Source: Rhodobacterales bacterium
Lineage (GTDB): Bacteria; Pseudomonadota; Alphaproteobacteria; Rhodobacterales; Rhodobacteraceae
Direction of reading: 5' to 3'
DNA: 62,322 nucleotides
Assembly (NCBI GenBank): GCA_043751715.1
Contig: JAYUZO010000084.1
Span: 1-62,322 of the forward strand
Position numbers and translations under genes: made by a program. The notes below the pieces were generated by a model that was given only the letters and a program-made list of their open reading frames with translations, made no database searches and was not told the DNA's origin. This document shows, piece after piece, positions 43,147-52,548 of this stretch; position 1 is the stretch's first letter, and the number at the start of each line of letters is the position of its first letter.

Positions 43147-43792
43147 GGTAGTCATACAGGCGCTTTGCCTCTTCCAGGGTTTCGAACATGTAGATCTGGC
43201 CGTTGTGCAGCACGGCGGCGGAACGTGCAAATTTTTCCAGCGTGGCGGCCTGATGCGACACGATCACCACAGTGGCGTTCTGCAACCTGTCACGCAGCAT
43301 GGTGCCCGCGCGTTTGTTGAATTCCACATCGGTGGTGTGCGGCATGCCTTCGTCAATCAGATAGTAATCAAATTCCAGCGCCAGCATCAGCGCAAATGAA
43401 AACCGCGCGCGCATGCCCTGGCTGTAGGTGCCCACGGGCATGTCAAAATAATCACCAATGCCGGTCATCCAGCGGCAAAAGGTTTCGACATAATCCGGAT
43501 CAAGGCTGTACAGCCGGGCAATGTAGCGGGCGTTTTCGGTGGCGGTATGGCGAGTGACAAGGCCACCCATGAACCCCAGCGGAAAGGAAATGCGGGCATC
43601 GCGCACAATGCGGCCTTCATCGGGTTTTTCCAGACCTGCGATCATGTTGATGATGGTGGTCTTGCCCGCACCATTGCGCGCCAGAATGCCAAGTGAATTG
43701 CCGGGGGCAATCTGAAACGAGGCCTGATCCAGAATCACCTTGCGGCCCCGGTTCGTGGCGAATGATTTGCTGACACCTTCAAACGCGATCAT
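43133..43792 (-). CDS. kpsT: Capsule polysaccharide export ABC transporter ATP-binding protein (KpsT-like)
   Basis: 219 aa with Walker A (ARNGAGKTT), a KpsT-style signature (YSQGMRARFSFAL), Walker B (YYLIDEG) and an H-loop (VSH). Confidence 0.8.
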   Translation of the reverse strand: MIAFEGVSKSFATNRGRKVILDQASFQIAPGNSLGILARNGAGKTTIINMIAGLEKPDEGRIVRDARISFPLGFMGGLVTRHTATENARYIARLYSLDPDYVETFCRWMTGIGDYFDMPVGTYSQGMRARFSFALMLALEFDYYLIDEGMPHTTDVEFNKRAGTMLRDRLQNATVVIVSHQAATLEKFARSAAVLHNGQIYMFETLEEAKRLYDYHAQS

Positions 43793-43971
43793 GCCGTTTC
43801 CCTGGCCGCAGGCGTGGCATAGCCCTTAGCCCACTCTTGCTATGCGATCTTCGTTAACGCGGTCTTGGCGAATTTTCCACCACGAACCTGCATCAACTGT
43901 ACCGCTACATGTGGCATAACCGGGCAATCGGGCGGTTTTATGGCCGGGACCGGAAACAATTGCGTGAGGGG

Positions 43972-45180
43972 TCAGGGCAGTTTTCGGGCAAGCATGATGC
44001 AGGCCGGCCCCGCCAGCAAGCTAAGGGCAAGGCCAAGACGGGCGGCATCGGTCATCACGCCGGGGGGCAGGGTCCATGGCAGGCCAAGGGCAGCACCGGT
44101 AAAGGCGATGGCCATCAGTGGGGCTGCGCAGATCAGATCGTGGCGGGTGATGTTCATCAGGGGCCCGGTGCTGCCAAGGCGGGCCAACAGCCATGCGGTG
44201 GCAAACAGCCCTGCGGGTTTGCCCACCCACAGGGCTGCAAGCATGACCACGGTCAGTGCGCCAAAGGCAGCAAGATCAATCGCGCCAAAGGTCAGGCCAA
44301 AGGCGAACATGGCAACAGTCACCGGCCAGATCAAAAGGTGGGCCATGCGGTTCAGCGGATCATGCAGCAGGCCCTCGGCTTCGGCAAACAGGCCAAAGCT
44401 GCGGTCGGCATGGGCGACGGCGGGCAGGATGGGCAACAGGCCAAGCGCACCGGGCAGACCTGCGGCCAGCATGGCGGCCCATGACGCAACCCCCGCCACG
44501 ACATAGGGCCAGGCTGCCCCGGCGCGGTGCCGGTGGCGCAATGTGGGCGTGGGCCCGGTGCGGTGGCCATAGCGCCACCAGACCACAAGTGCGGCCAGCA
44601 GCGGCACGATTAACCAGAACAACCGCAGCGAATAGGTGGCGGAAAACAACCCGCTGCACACAAGTCCAACCACCGTTTCGGCCATGCTGATCAGCAGCAC
44701 CAGTTTCAGTGCCGGGTCTGCAGCACCAAAGATCAGCCGCCCGAACAGATAACACAGCACCACATCCGACCCGATGGGCGCAGTCCACCCCAGCCCGCTG
44801 TCAAGTTCATTCTGCAACCCAAAGCCCAGCACCAGCAGCAGCCAGACCACCACCGCGCCCAGCAGGCTGCCTGCCATCAGCGCCAGCGGGCCAATCATGC
44901 GTTCGCCCGCCAAGGGGCCGCGCTCCATCACCATTGCCTCCCACAGCTCTTTTGCGATCAGGGCCACGAACAATGCCATGGCCGCCTCACCCACAAAGGT
45001 GATCGGCGTCACCAGAAGATCATGCGTGGCAAGCCATGTGGGCAGTGGCAGGGCCAGCAGGCGGAATTCGGCGAAATCGTAATAGCTGGCAGGGGCGGCG
45101 TTGACCCACAAGGTGGCCAGCAATCCGCCTGCCAGCAATGCCATGGCAAGACGGTTGAGCGCAGGCGAAACACGGTACAT
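43972..45180 (-). CDS. NhaA-family membrane protein (divergent; canonical DD ion-binding pair not conserved)
   Basis: ATG at 45180 (MYRVSPALNRL). About 12 hydrophobic segments. By-eye alignment to E. coli NhaA pairs GWTAPIGSDVV with GWAIPAATDIA and WVGKPAGLF with LIGKPLGISLF. The IIDDLG motif is replaced by MAETVVG. Confidence 0.55.
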   Translation of the reverse strand: MYRVSPALNRLAMALLAGGLLATLWVNAAPASYYDFAEFRLLALPLPTWLATHDLLVTPITFVGEAAMALFVALIAKELWEAMVMERGPLAGERMIGPLALMAGSLLGAVVVWLLLVLGFGLQNELDSGLGWTAPIGSDVVLCYLFGRLIFGAADPALKLVLLISMAETVVGLVCSGLFSATYSLRLFWLIVPLLAALVVWWRYGHRTGPTPTLRHRHRAGAAWPYVVAGVASWAAMLAAGLPGALGLLPILPAVAHADRSFGLFAEAEGLLHDPLNRMAHLLIWPVTVAMFAFGLTFGAIDLAAFGALTVVMLAALWVGKPAGLFATAWLLARLGSTGPLMNITRHDLICAAPLMAIAFTGAALGLPWTLPPGVMTDAARLGLALSLLAGPACIMLARKLP

Positions 45181-45386
45181 TGCGGGTATTTTCTTTTTCA
45201 CACCCACACTGGGCGCGCATGGCAAACGGCTATACCCCACAGGCGCGCGCCGCAACAAAGCAATGCGCAAGTGCGGCTTCTGTTGCCGTCCTACAAGGCT
45301 TGCCCTCTGGCAAGGTGTGCCGTCTGGCCAGGGTTATGGCGCAAGTGCCCTTGATCCTGCCGTCGTCGCCCGCTAGGCCATCTGGC

Positions 45387-46181
45387 ATGACAGACCTGGA
45401 TACAGCCTATAACGCCATGATTGCCGCCGCTGATGGCGATGACACACCACGCCTGCATTATTACGCAGCACTTGCGGATGGTGAGATGATCCTTGTGCTG
45501 GAAACCGAAGCCGTGGGCGGGGCCGTGCAGCCACGGGTATTTGTGCTTGAGGACGGGCCGGTCGTGCTGGCCTTTGACAGCGAAGATAAACTCGCGGCCT
45601 TTGCGGCGGGCACGGTGCCCTATGCTGCACTGCCGGGACGGGTAATAGCACAGCAGCTGGCGGGGCAGGGCATTGGGCTGGCGATCAATCTGGGGGCGCC
45701 GTCGATGATGCTGTTTCCGCCCGACGCGGTGGAATGGCTGGCAGATACGTTGGCCGAAACACCGGATGAGGCTGAGGGCATGCCCGTGGCCTTTGCAGCG
45801 CCCGTGGGCATTCCGGCGGGGTTTCTTGAGGTGCTGCGCGCCAAGCTGGGCCGGGCACGGGGCAGGGCAACCCTGGCCGTGTTGTCTGCCGTGACCTATG
45901 CCGATGGCAGGCGGGGGCATATCCTGGCACTGGTGGGTGCAGCAGCGGGCAGCGAAGGCGGGCTTGCGCGCGCGGTCAGTGAAGCGCTGATCTTTTCAGG
46001 GCTTGATGCTGCGGAAATGGACGTGGTGTTTCTGAATGCCGGTGACGCACGACTTGCCCTGATGCAGGCGGGCGGATTGGTTCTGGATATGGGCCTGCCT
46101 GCCCCTGATGCGCCCGCACCATCCAACGCACCACCCAACGCACCGGGCATGGACCCTGAAAAGCCGCCGATCCTGCGCTGA
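45387..46181 (+). CDS. SseB family protein
   Basis: ATG at 45387 (MTDLDTAYNAMIAAADGDDTPRLHYYAALADGEMILVLE). About 264 aa with the SseB-like pattern and a Pro/Ala-rich tail. Confidence 0.6.
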   Translation: MTDLDTAYNAMIAAADGDDTPRLHYYAALADGEMILVLETEAVGGAVQPRVFVLEDGPVVLAFDSEDKLAAFAAGTVPYAALPGRVIAQQLAGQGIGLAINLGAPSMMLFPPDAVEWLADTLAETPDEAEGMPVAFAAPVGIPAGFLEVLRAKLGRARGRATLAVLSAVTYADGRRGHILALVGAAAGSEGGLARAVSEALIFSGLDAAEMDVVFLNAGDARLALMQAGGLVLDMGLPAPDAPAPSNAPPNAPGMDPEKPPILR

Positions 46182-46331
46182 TATTGGGGTATTATTATAC
46201 CTATTTTGCAAGCCATTGAAATTGAACAACTAAAAGGCATTTTCGCGCCTTGACCCTGTATCACTTATCCCGGATAAGCGTTTATCCGCGTTCAGGGGCA
46301 CTTTGCCCCGCAACCTATATGGACCTGACCG

Positions 46332-46796
46332 ATGAAAACTTTCACCGCTACCCCGGCGGACATCGTCAAGAAATGGATCCTGATTGATGCCGAAGGCATT
46401 GTTCTGGGCCGTCTTGCAACGATCGTCGCCAATATCCTGCGCGGCAAGAACAAGCCGACATTCACGCCCCATATGGACATGGGCGACAACGTGATTGTCA
46501 TCAATGCCGACAAAATCCAGATGACCGGCAACAAGCGCAACGACAAGGTTTACTACTGGCACACCGGCCACCCAGGTGGCATCAAGCAGCGCACGGCCAA
46601 ACAGATTCTGGATGGTGCACATCCTGAACGCATCGTCGAAAAGGCTGTTGAGCGGATGATCACGCGTAACCGCCTTGGCCGCGTTCAGATGACCAACCTG
46701 CGCGTTTACGCAGGTGCCGCACATCCGCACGAAGCCCAGCAGCCCACCGTTCTTGACCTTGCGTCGATGAACCCGAAGAACACGCGGAGCGCATAA
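46332..46796 (+). CDS. rplM: 50S ribosomal protein L13
   Basis: 154 aa ([35 protein letters not shown]...). Confidence 0.97.
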   Translation: MKTFTATPADIVKKWILIDAEGIVLGRLATIVANILRGKNKPTFTPHMDMGDNVIVINADKIQMTGNKRNDKVYYWHTGHPGGIKQRTAKQILDGAHPERIVEKAVERMITRNRLGRVQMTNLRVYAGAAHPHEAQQPTVLDLASMNPKNTRSA

Positions 46797-46798
46797 TC

Positions 46799-47287
46799 AT
46801 GGCCGAAATCAAATCTCTTGATGATCTGAAGGCCGCTGTTGGCGGTGCTACACCTGCGGCATCGCCTGCGGCAATCGTGCGCATTCCCGTGCGTGACAAG
46901 CTGGGCCGGGCCTATGCCACGGGCAAGCGCAAGAACGCGATTGCACGGGTGTGGATCAAGCCGGGTTCGGGCAAGGTTGTGGTCAACGGCAAGACGATGG
47001 CGGAATATTTCGCACGTCCCGTGCTGCAGATGATCCTGCGCCAGCCGTTCACCGTGGCCAATGTCGAAGGCCAGTTTGACGTGATGGCAACGGTTGTGGG
47101 TGGCGGTTTGTCGGGGCAGGCAGGTGCGGTCAAGCACGGCGTGTCCAAGGCGCTGCAACTGTACGAACCCAGCCTGCGTCCGGCCCTGAAGGCGGCAGGG
47201 TTCCTGACGCGCGACAGCCGCGTGGTGGAACGCAAGAAATACGGCAAAGCCAAAGCGCGGAAAAGCTTCCAGTTCTCCAAGCGCTGA
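46799..47287 (+). CDS. rpsI: 30S ribosomal protein S9
   Basis: 162 aa ending with the canonical ...[18 protein letters not shown]. Confidence 0.97.
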   Translation: MAEIKSLDDLKAAVGGATPAASPAAIVRIPVRDKLGRAYATGKRKNAIARVWIKPGSGKVVVNGKTMAEYFARPVLQMILRQPFTVANVEGQFDVMATVVGGGLSGQAGAVKHGVSKALQLYEPSLRPALKAAGFLTRDSRVVERKKYGKAKARKSFQFSKR

Positions 47288-47339
47288 TACGTGGTGGTGC
47301 GTGGCGACACGCTCCCGACAACCGGCAGCCGGAAAAAGC

Positions 47340-47374
47340 AAAGGCCCGCAAATTCTTGCGGGCCTTTGTTGATT
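47340..47374. terminator. Bidirectional rho-independent terminator shared by rpsI (+) and the DUF1127 gene (-)
   Basis: 12-bp perfect stem AAAGGCCCGCAA / TTGCGGGCCTTT (47340-47367, loop ATTC). T-rich tails follow on both strands (TTTGTTGATT on +, TTTGCTTTTTCC on -). Confidence 0.8.
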
Positions 47375-47386
47375 CCAAACCTGCGG

Positions 47387-47596
47387 TCAGTCCTGCCAGA
47401 ATGGTTTGGTGCATTCCTGCCGGGCGGTGTAGCGAGTCATGCCAATATCGCGCAGCATATGGTCATCAAGGCGCGCCAGCGTTTTGCGGGCGCGGCGGCG
47501 CGTGACCCAGACCTGAATGGTGGTCCAAACCGAACGCAGGCCCTGCCGCTGCGCACCAGTGCTGCGTTGCATTGCCTTGTCGATCATAGCCATCAT
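47387..47596 (-). CDS. DUF1127 domain small protein
   Basis: 69 aa. RRARKTLARLDDHMLRDIGMTR is the hallmark DUF1127 motif. Confidence 0.8.
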   Translation of the reverse strand: MMAMIDKAMQRSTGAQRQGLRSVWTTIQVWVTRRRARKTLARLDDHMLRDIGMTRYTARQECTKPFWQD

Positions 47597-47612
47597 CGCC
47601 TCCTGAATTGTG

Positions 47613-47650
47613 TTGATACATTGCGTTTCATTTCGTAGTATATTGATACA
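47613..47650. promoter_or_regulatory. Direct repeat TTGATACA-N22-TTGATACA (candidate MocR-type operator)
   Basis: Identical octamers at 47613-47620 and 47643-47650 (30 bp start to start). They lie in the 88-bp divergent spacer between the DUF1127 gene and the MocR-like regulator gene. A third partial copy (GATAC) is near 47673. Confidence 0.4.
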
Positions 47651-47684
47651 ATAGATGCGGCACGGGTGCGAGGGATACTTTGTA

Positions 47685-49085
47685 ATGCATACAAAATGGC
47701 AGCCTGACCTGACACAATTTCAAGGCCCAAAATATCTGGCGCTGACCCGTGCCCTGCGCGAGGCGATCCGCGATGGGGTTTTGCCCACCGATACCCAGTT
47801 GCCAACCGTGCGCGATCTGGCATGGGAGCTGAAGATTACCCCCGGAACGGTGGCACGCGCCTATCATCTGGCCACACAAGAAGGGCTGCTGGCCGCCGTA
47901 GTGGGGCGGGGCACGTTTGTCGCGGCCAGCGCGCCACGCCTTGGGCCGCAAAAGGCGCTGTATACCAAGCGTGAAGGATCAGCGACCAGCGGGCCAATAG
48001 ATCTGCGTCCGCCATTGCTGCCCGAGGTGGGGCAAAGTGCGGCCTTTGCCGCAGCCCTGCGCGCGGTGGCCGATAAGCCCGGTATCGAATGGCTGGATTA
48101 TTCCACCCAAGCTGCGGAATCTCCGTTGCGCGCTGCGGTGGCGGAATGGGCGGCGGACCCCAGCCTGGGGGCGTTTTCTGCCGATGATCTGGCGCTGACG
48201 AATGGCGGGCAGAATGCGTTGCTGGCAGTGATGCTGTGTTGTTTGCGCGGCGAACGCCCGGTCGTGCTGGTGGAAGAGCTGGCCTATGCCGGGTTCCGCT
48301 ATGCCGCACGACTGGCGCGGGCCGATGTGGTAGCGGTGGAGCTGGACGATCAGGGCGTGATCCCTGCCAGCCTGGAGGCGGCCTGTCAGCGGCATGGCCC
48401 CCAGATTTTGTGCCTGACCCCCGAAGCGCAGAACCCCACAACAGTGCGGATGGGGCCGGATCGGCGCGCGCAGATCGTGGCCATCGCCCGCGCGCATGAT
48501 CTGCAGATTATCGAGGATGGCTGTTACATCGCCACGCATCGCAACACGCCGACGCTGCGGGCACTGGCACCGGAACGAGTCTGGCACATTGGCAGCCTGT
48601 CCAAATCCCTGTCGGCGGCGCTGCGCTTTGGCTATGCGATATGCCCGACTGGCATGGGCGAGACGGGGCGGCTGACGGTGCAGCACAGCTGTTTTGCACT
48701 GCCGGTGACGACGACTGAGGTGCTGCTGCACCTGCTGCAATCAGGCGAAGGCATGCGCCTGCGCGCACTTGTTCAGGTTGAAACCGAGCGCCGGCTGGAA
48801 ATTCTGGCAGCGCGCCTTGGTCCGTTTGGGCTGCAATATCAACAGGGTTTGCTGATCACATGGCTGCCATTGCTGTCGGGCTGGCGCACCTCCACCTTTA
48901 CCCGCATGGCCGAGGCGGAGGGTGTGCTTGTGCGCCCGGCTGATGAATTTGCGCTTGTGCATGGCCGCGCGCCCAATGCCGTGCGGATTGCCATTGCCGG
49001 ACATCTGCCGCTCGACCGGCTGGAAGGGGCGTCCAATGTGCTGGCAAGACTGTTGGAGCGGCCCCGGTTTGATGTGGCGGTTTGA
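47685..49085 (+). CDS. MocR/GabR-type regulator: GntR-family wHTH fused to a PLP-dependent aminotransferase-like domain
   Basis: ATG at 47685. The N-terminal GntR HTH is PKYLALTRALREAIRDGVLPTDTQLPTVRDLAWELKITPGTVARAY. A ~350-aa fold-type I aminotransferase-like domain follows (SLSKSLSAALRFGY holds the PLP lysine). Confidence 0.8.
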   Translation: MHTKWQPDLTQFQGPKYLALTRALREAIRDGVLPTDTQLPTVRDLAWELKITPGTVARAYHLATQEGLLAAVVGRGTFVAASAPRLGPQKALYTKREGSATSGPIDLRPPLLPEVGQSAAFAAALRAVADKPGIEWLDYSTQAAESPLRAAVAEWAADPSLGAFSADDLALTNGGQNALLAVMLCCLRGERPVVLVEELAYAGFRYAARLARADVVAVELDDQGVIPASLEAACQRHGPQILCLTPEAQNPTTVRMGPDRRAQIVAIARAHDLQIIEDGCYIATHRNTPTLRALAPERVWHIGSLSKSLSAALRFGYAICPTGMGETGRLTVQHSCFALPVTTTEVLLHLLQSGEGMRLRALVQVETERRLEILAARLGPFGLQYQQGLLITWLPLLSGWRTSTFTRMAEAEGVLVRPADEFALVHGRAPNAVRIAIAGHLPLDRLEGASNVLARLLERPRFDVAV

Positions 49086-49269
49086 ATTAAGGCAGGATTG
49101 TGGCGGGCATGCGGCGCAGCTTTGCCACAATTGGCAGCAAAGTGTTCATTCGGTGACAGTTACAGATGGTCACAGTGAATTGTCCGCAATCAGGCGACAA
49201 TCGAATTGACGCACACAGGCCTTGGCCGCATCGTGGTTTCAATAAAGAAAATAACAAACGAGCAGTATC

Positions 49270-49530
49270 ATGGGCCAGCAAGCGTTTTTTCACGCACCAC
49301 ACGGTGGGGCGGATTTCCTCGGGCTTCGCACCGACCGTCACGGCATGACCGAGATTGTTTATGATGATGGCGTGGCGCGCCGTATGGTCTGGCGCGTGGC
49401 AGGGCGCATTGTATCTGACAGCCATCTGTCTGATGCGCTGCAGGCCGCGGTGGGTGCATTGCGCGTCGTGCCAACACTGTACGACGAGCTGAAAAAGCGC
49501 TCGATCGCGATTGAGGCTGTGGTGCGCTGA
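49270..49530 (+). CDS. Hypothetical small protein (86 aa or shorter)
   Basis: The ORF has genome-like codon usage and is followed by a terminator hairpin with a T-run. There is no clear Shine-Dalgarno and an alternative ATG at 49345. No family recognised. It lies in a ~650-bp AT-richer gap. Confidence 0.35.
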   Translation: MGQQAFFHAPHGGADFLGLRTDRHGMTEIVYDDGVARRMVWRVAGRIVSDSHLSDALQAAVGALRVVPTLYDELKKRSIAIEAVVR

Positions 49531-49558
49531 TCTTTCGCCGGTTTGCAATGCAGATGCC

Positions 49559-49587
49559 GTGCCCCATCCGGGGTGCTTTTCTTTCCG
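49559..49587 (+). terminator. Rho-independent terminator after the small ORF
   Basis: 7-bp stem GTGCCCC / GGGGTGC (two G-U pairs, loop ATCC) at 49559-49576, followed by TTTTCTTTCC. Confidence 0.5.
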
Positions 49588-49741
49588 TGTGCCCGATCCT
49601 GTGCAGATAAAGCCAGCAATGCAGCGCGGCGCACAGTATTTGATCAAATTTCGCGCACCTCTGGCAATTTAGGGGTTTCCAGCCCGCAATTTCATGTGCC
49701 AGATAGGGCTAACGAAAAGCAAACAGGGGGCTGGTGATCTG

Positions 49742-50632
49742 ATGCGCGGGGCAAACGCTGCGACACCTTTCACGCAAACCGAAGGCTTCAAGGGCCTGCG
49801 CCTGATCAGCCCGACGCTGCTGTATTGCCTGATCCTGATGGCCGTGCCGCTGGCTACCGTGGTGGTCTATTCATTCATGACCGATGGTGATCTGGGGGTG
49901 ACCGGCCCGTTGAACGCCGACAATTATATCAAGGTCTGGACTGGCAAGGTATACCAGACCATCATGGCACGGTCCCTGATGGTTTCGATCCTGGTGACCA
50001 TCGCGACGGTAATGCTGGCCTATCCGGTGGCTTATTACGTCAGCTTTCATGTGCCTGCCCACCGCAAGGCGCTGTGGCTGTTCCTGATCACCATCCCGTT
50101 CTGGACCAGCTATGTGGTGCGGGTGTTCCTGTGGAAGGTGATTTTGGGCTACAACGGCGTGATCAATTCGGGCCTGCTGACCCTTGGCATCATCGACGAG
50201 CCGTTGCAGGCGATCAATTACAACGTCGGCGCTTTGGTGATGACGCTGGCGCATGCCTATGCGCCCTTTGCCATTCTGCCGATATTCGTCGTGCTGGAAA
50301 AGATTGATCGGTCCCTGCTGGAGGCCGGTCAGGACCTGGGCGAATCGAGGATTGTCACCTTTCTGCGGGTGACCTTGCCGTTGTCGGTGCCGGGGATCAT
50401 TGCCGCCGTCCTGATCGTGTTCATCCCGACGATTGGTGATTACGTCACACCCGATCTGATTGGCGGGGGCAAGCTGCCGATGATTGCCAACATGATCGAA
50501 GTGCAGATGCTGAAACAGAACAACAAGGCGCTTGGGTCGGCGATTGCGGTATCGGCGATGCTGATCGTCACCATCGTCAGCTTGATCTTCATTGCCTGGA
50601 ACCGCCGCTATCTGAAGGGAACCGCCCGATGA
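49742..50632 (+). CDS. ABC transporter permease (polyamine/opine PotB-like)
   Basis: ATG at 49742. Six TM segments and an EAA-type loop (SLLEAGQDLGESRIVTFLRVTLP). Confidence 0.85.
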   Translation: MRGANAATPFTQTEGFKGLRLISPTLLYCLILMAVPLATVVVYSFMTDGDLGVTGPLNADNYIKVWTGKVYQTIMARSLMVSILVTIATVMLAYPVAYYVSFHVPAHRKALWLFLITIPFWTSYVVRVFLWKVILGYNGVINSGLLTLGIIDEPLQAINYNVGALVMTLAHAYAPFAILPIFVVLEKIDRSLLEAGQDLGESRIVTFLRVTLPLSVPGIIAAVLIVFIPTIGDYVTPDLIGGGKLPMIANMIEVQMLKQNNKALGSAIAVSAMLIVTIVSLIFIAWNRRYLKGTAR

Positions 50633-51435
50633 AATCGCCCGGTTTGCGGATTTATGCCATTGCCTATCTGATCTTTCTGTATGCCCCGATCATCTTGTTG
50701 CCGCTGTTTGCGTTCAACGACAACAAGATCATCGCCTTTCCGCTGTCAGGCTTTACTACAGCGTGGTTTGCCGAAATGTGGGGCGATCAGGCGCTGTGGC
50801 GGGCGTTCAAGAATTCCATGATCATTTCCACGTCCGTGGCCACGCTTTCTACGCTGCTGGGGCTGTTTGCGGCACGCGCCAGCACGCGGTTTGATTTTCC
50901 GGCAAAAGCGCCAATCATCGGGCTGGTCATGCTGCCACTGGTGCTGCCTGAAATGATCATCGCCATGTCGCTGATCGTGGTGCTGCTGGCGCTTGGGGTG
51001 GAATTGTCGATCTTTACCATCATCATGGGGCATGTGTTGATCTGTACGCCCTTTGCCGTGGCAATCCTGACATCGGCGTTCCAGACGCTGGACCGCAGTC
51101 TGGAAGAGGCGGCCTATGATCTGGGCGAAGACACGTTTTCCACCTTCATGCGGATCATCTTTCCGTTGGTGCTGCCCGGTATCATTTCAGGCTTCCTGAT
51201 TACCTTCATCATATCCTTGGATGAATTCATCATTGCCTACTTTCTGGGTGGCAGTGATGTGGTGCTGTCGGCCTATATCTTTGGCCAGTTCCGATTTCCG
51301 GCCAAGGTGCCTGCCATGCTGGCACTGGGCACCTGCCTTGTGCTGATATCCATCACGCTGTTGACCATTGCAGAATATTTCCGCCGCCGGGGTGTTGCCC
51401 GGATTGGTGGCAAAGATGCCGGAGGCTTTTTGTGA
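50629..51435 (+). CDS. ABC transporter permease (PotC-like)
   Basis: 268 aa with a 4-nt overlap with the upstream gene. EAA loop: SLEEAAYDLGEDTFSTFMRIIFP. Confidence 0.85.
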   Translation: MKSPGLRIYAIAYLIFLYAPIILLPLFAFNDNKIIAFPLSGFTTAWFAEMWGDQALWRAFKNSMIISTSVATLSTLLGLFAARASTRFDFPAKAPIIGLVMLPLVLPEMIIAMSLIVVLLALGVELSIFTIIMGHVLICTPFAVAILTSAFQTLDRSLEEAAYDLGEDTFSTFMRIIFPLVLPGIISGFLITFIISLDEFIIAYFLGGSDVVLSAYIFGQFRFPAKVPAMLALGTCLVLISITLLTIAEYFRRRGVARIGGKDAGGFL

Positions 51436-52523
51436 CTGACCAACCCACGATGATCGAATTTCGTGACGTGCATAAGTATTACGGCGATTACCACGCGCTG
51501 CGTGGGATCACCGGCACGATCCGGGCGGGTGAGTTTTTCTCGCTGCTGGGGCCATCGGGCTGCGGGAAAACCACGCTGCTGCGCACGATTGCGGGGTTTG
51601 AAGGGATCAGTTCGGGTGCCGTGCTGATTGACGGCAAGAACATGGCAAACGTGCCAGCCAATGTGCGGCCCACCAACATGGTGTTCCAAAGCTATGCGAT
51701 TTTCCCGCATATGAGCGTGGGTGAAAACGTGGGTTTTGGCCTGCGCAAAGACCCGCGTACCAAGCCGCAAAAGGCGGCTGCGGTGGAAGAAGCGTTGGAA
51801 ATGGTCGGGCTGAAAGGTTATGGCGCGCGGGCGGCGCATGCGCTGTCTGGCGGGCAGCGCCAGCGGGTGGCATTGGCACGCGCGCTGATCCTGAAACCCA
51901 AGGTGCTGCTGCTGGACGAACCGCTGAGCGCGCTTGATAAAAAGATGCGCGAGCATATGCAGGTCGAATTGATCAAGCTGCAACGGCAAGTGGGGATCAC
52001 CTTCATTCTGGTGACGCACGATCAGGAAGAAGCGCTTGTGATGAGCGACCGGATCGCCGTGATGTTCGAAGGCGAGATTGCGCAACTGGCTGACCCGGAA
52101 ACGCTGTACCGCCGCCCCAACAGCCGCAAGGTGGCCGATTTCATCGGGACGATGAACTTTATTCCATGCAGCATCGTGTCCGAGGGGGGTGGCAAGATCG
52201 AGGTTGATGGCAAGGGGCTGGGCCGGGTGACGCTGAACGAAGATCAGGTGCCACCTGCACGCGGCGTCGAGCCGGTGCTGGGCCTGCGGCCCGAAACGCT
52301 GACGCTGTTGTATCCGGGGCAAACAGCAACCGAACGCGCGGTTGACGGGGTGATTGATGAGGTCATCTATTTCGGCGACATGACCTATTATGATGTCTAT
52401 CTGGGCGGCACGGATGTGGAAGTGCGGCTGTCCATGCGCAACGTGCCGGGGCGGCCGATCATGGATGTGGGCAGCAAGGTGCAGGTGGCCTGGAGCCCGA
52501 GTGCACTGGTTTTGTTCCGGTAG
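51432..52523 (+). CDS. ABC transporter ATP-binding protein (PotA/UgpC-like with TOBE-type C-terminal domain)
   Basis: 363 aa with a 4-nt overlap. Walker A is GPSGCGKTT, the signature is LSGGQRQRVALARAL and Walker B is LLLDEP. Confidence 0.9.
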   Translation: MTDQPTMIEFRDVHKYYGDYHALRGITGTIRAGEFFSLLGPSGCGKTTLLRTIAGFEGISSGAVLIDGKNMANVPANVRPTNMVFQSYAIFPHMSVGENVGFGLRKDPRTKPQKAAAVEEALEMVGLKGYGARAAHALSGGQRQRVALARALILKPKVLLLDEPLSALDKKMREHMQVELIKLQRQVGITFILVTHDQEEALVMSDRIAVMFEGEIAQLADPETLYRRPNSRKVADFIGTMNFIPCSIVSEGGGKIEVDGKGLGRVTLNEDQVPPARGVEPVLGLRPETLTLLYPGQTATERAVDGVIDEVIYFGDMTYYDVYLGGTDVEVRLSMRNVPGRPIMDVGSKVQVAWSPSALVLFR

Positions 52524-52548
52524 GGCACGCATTTCCGGCGAAGAAACG

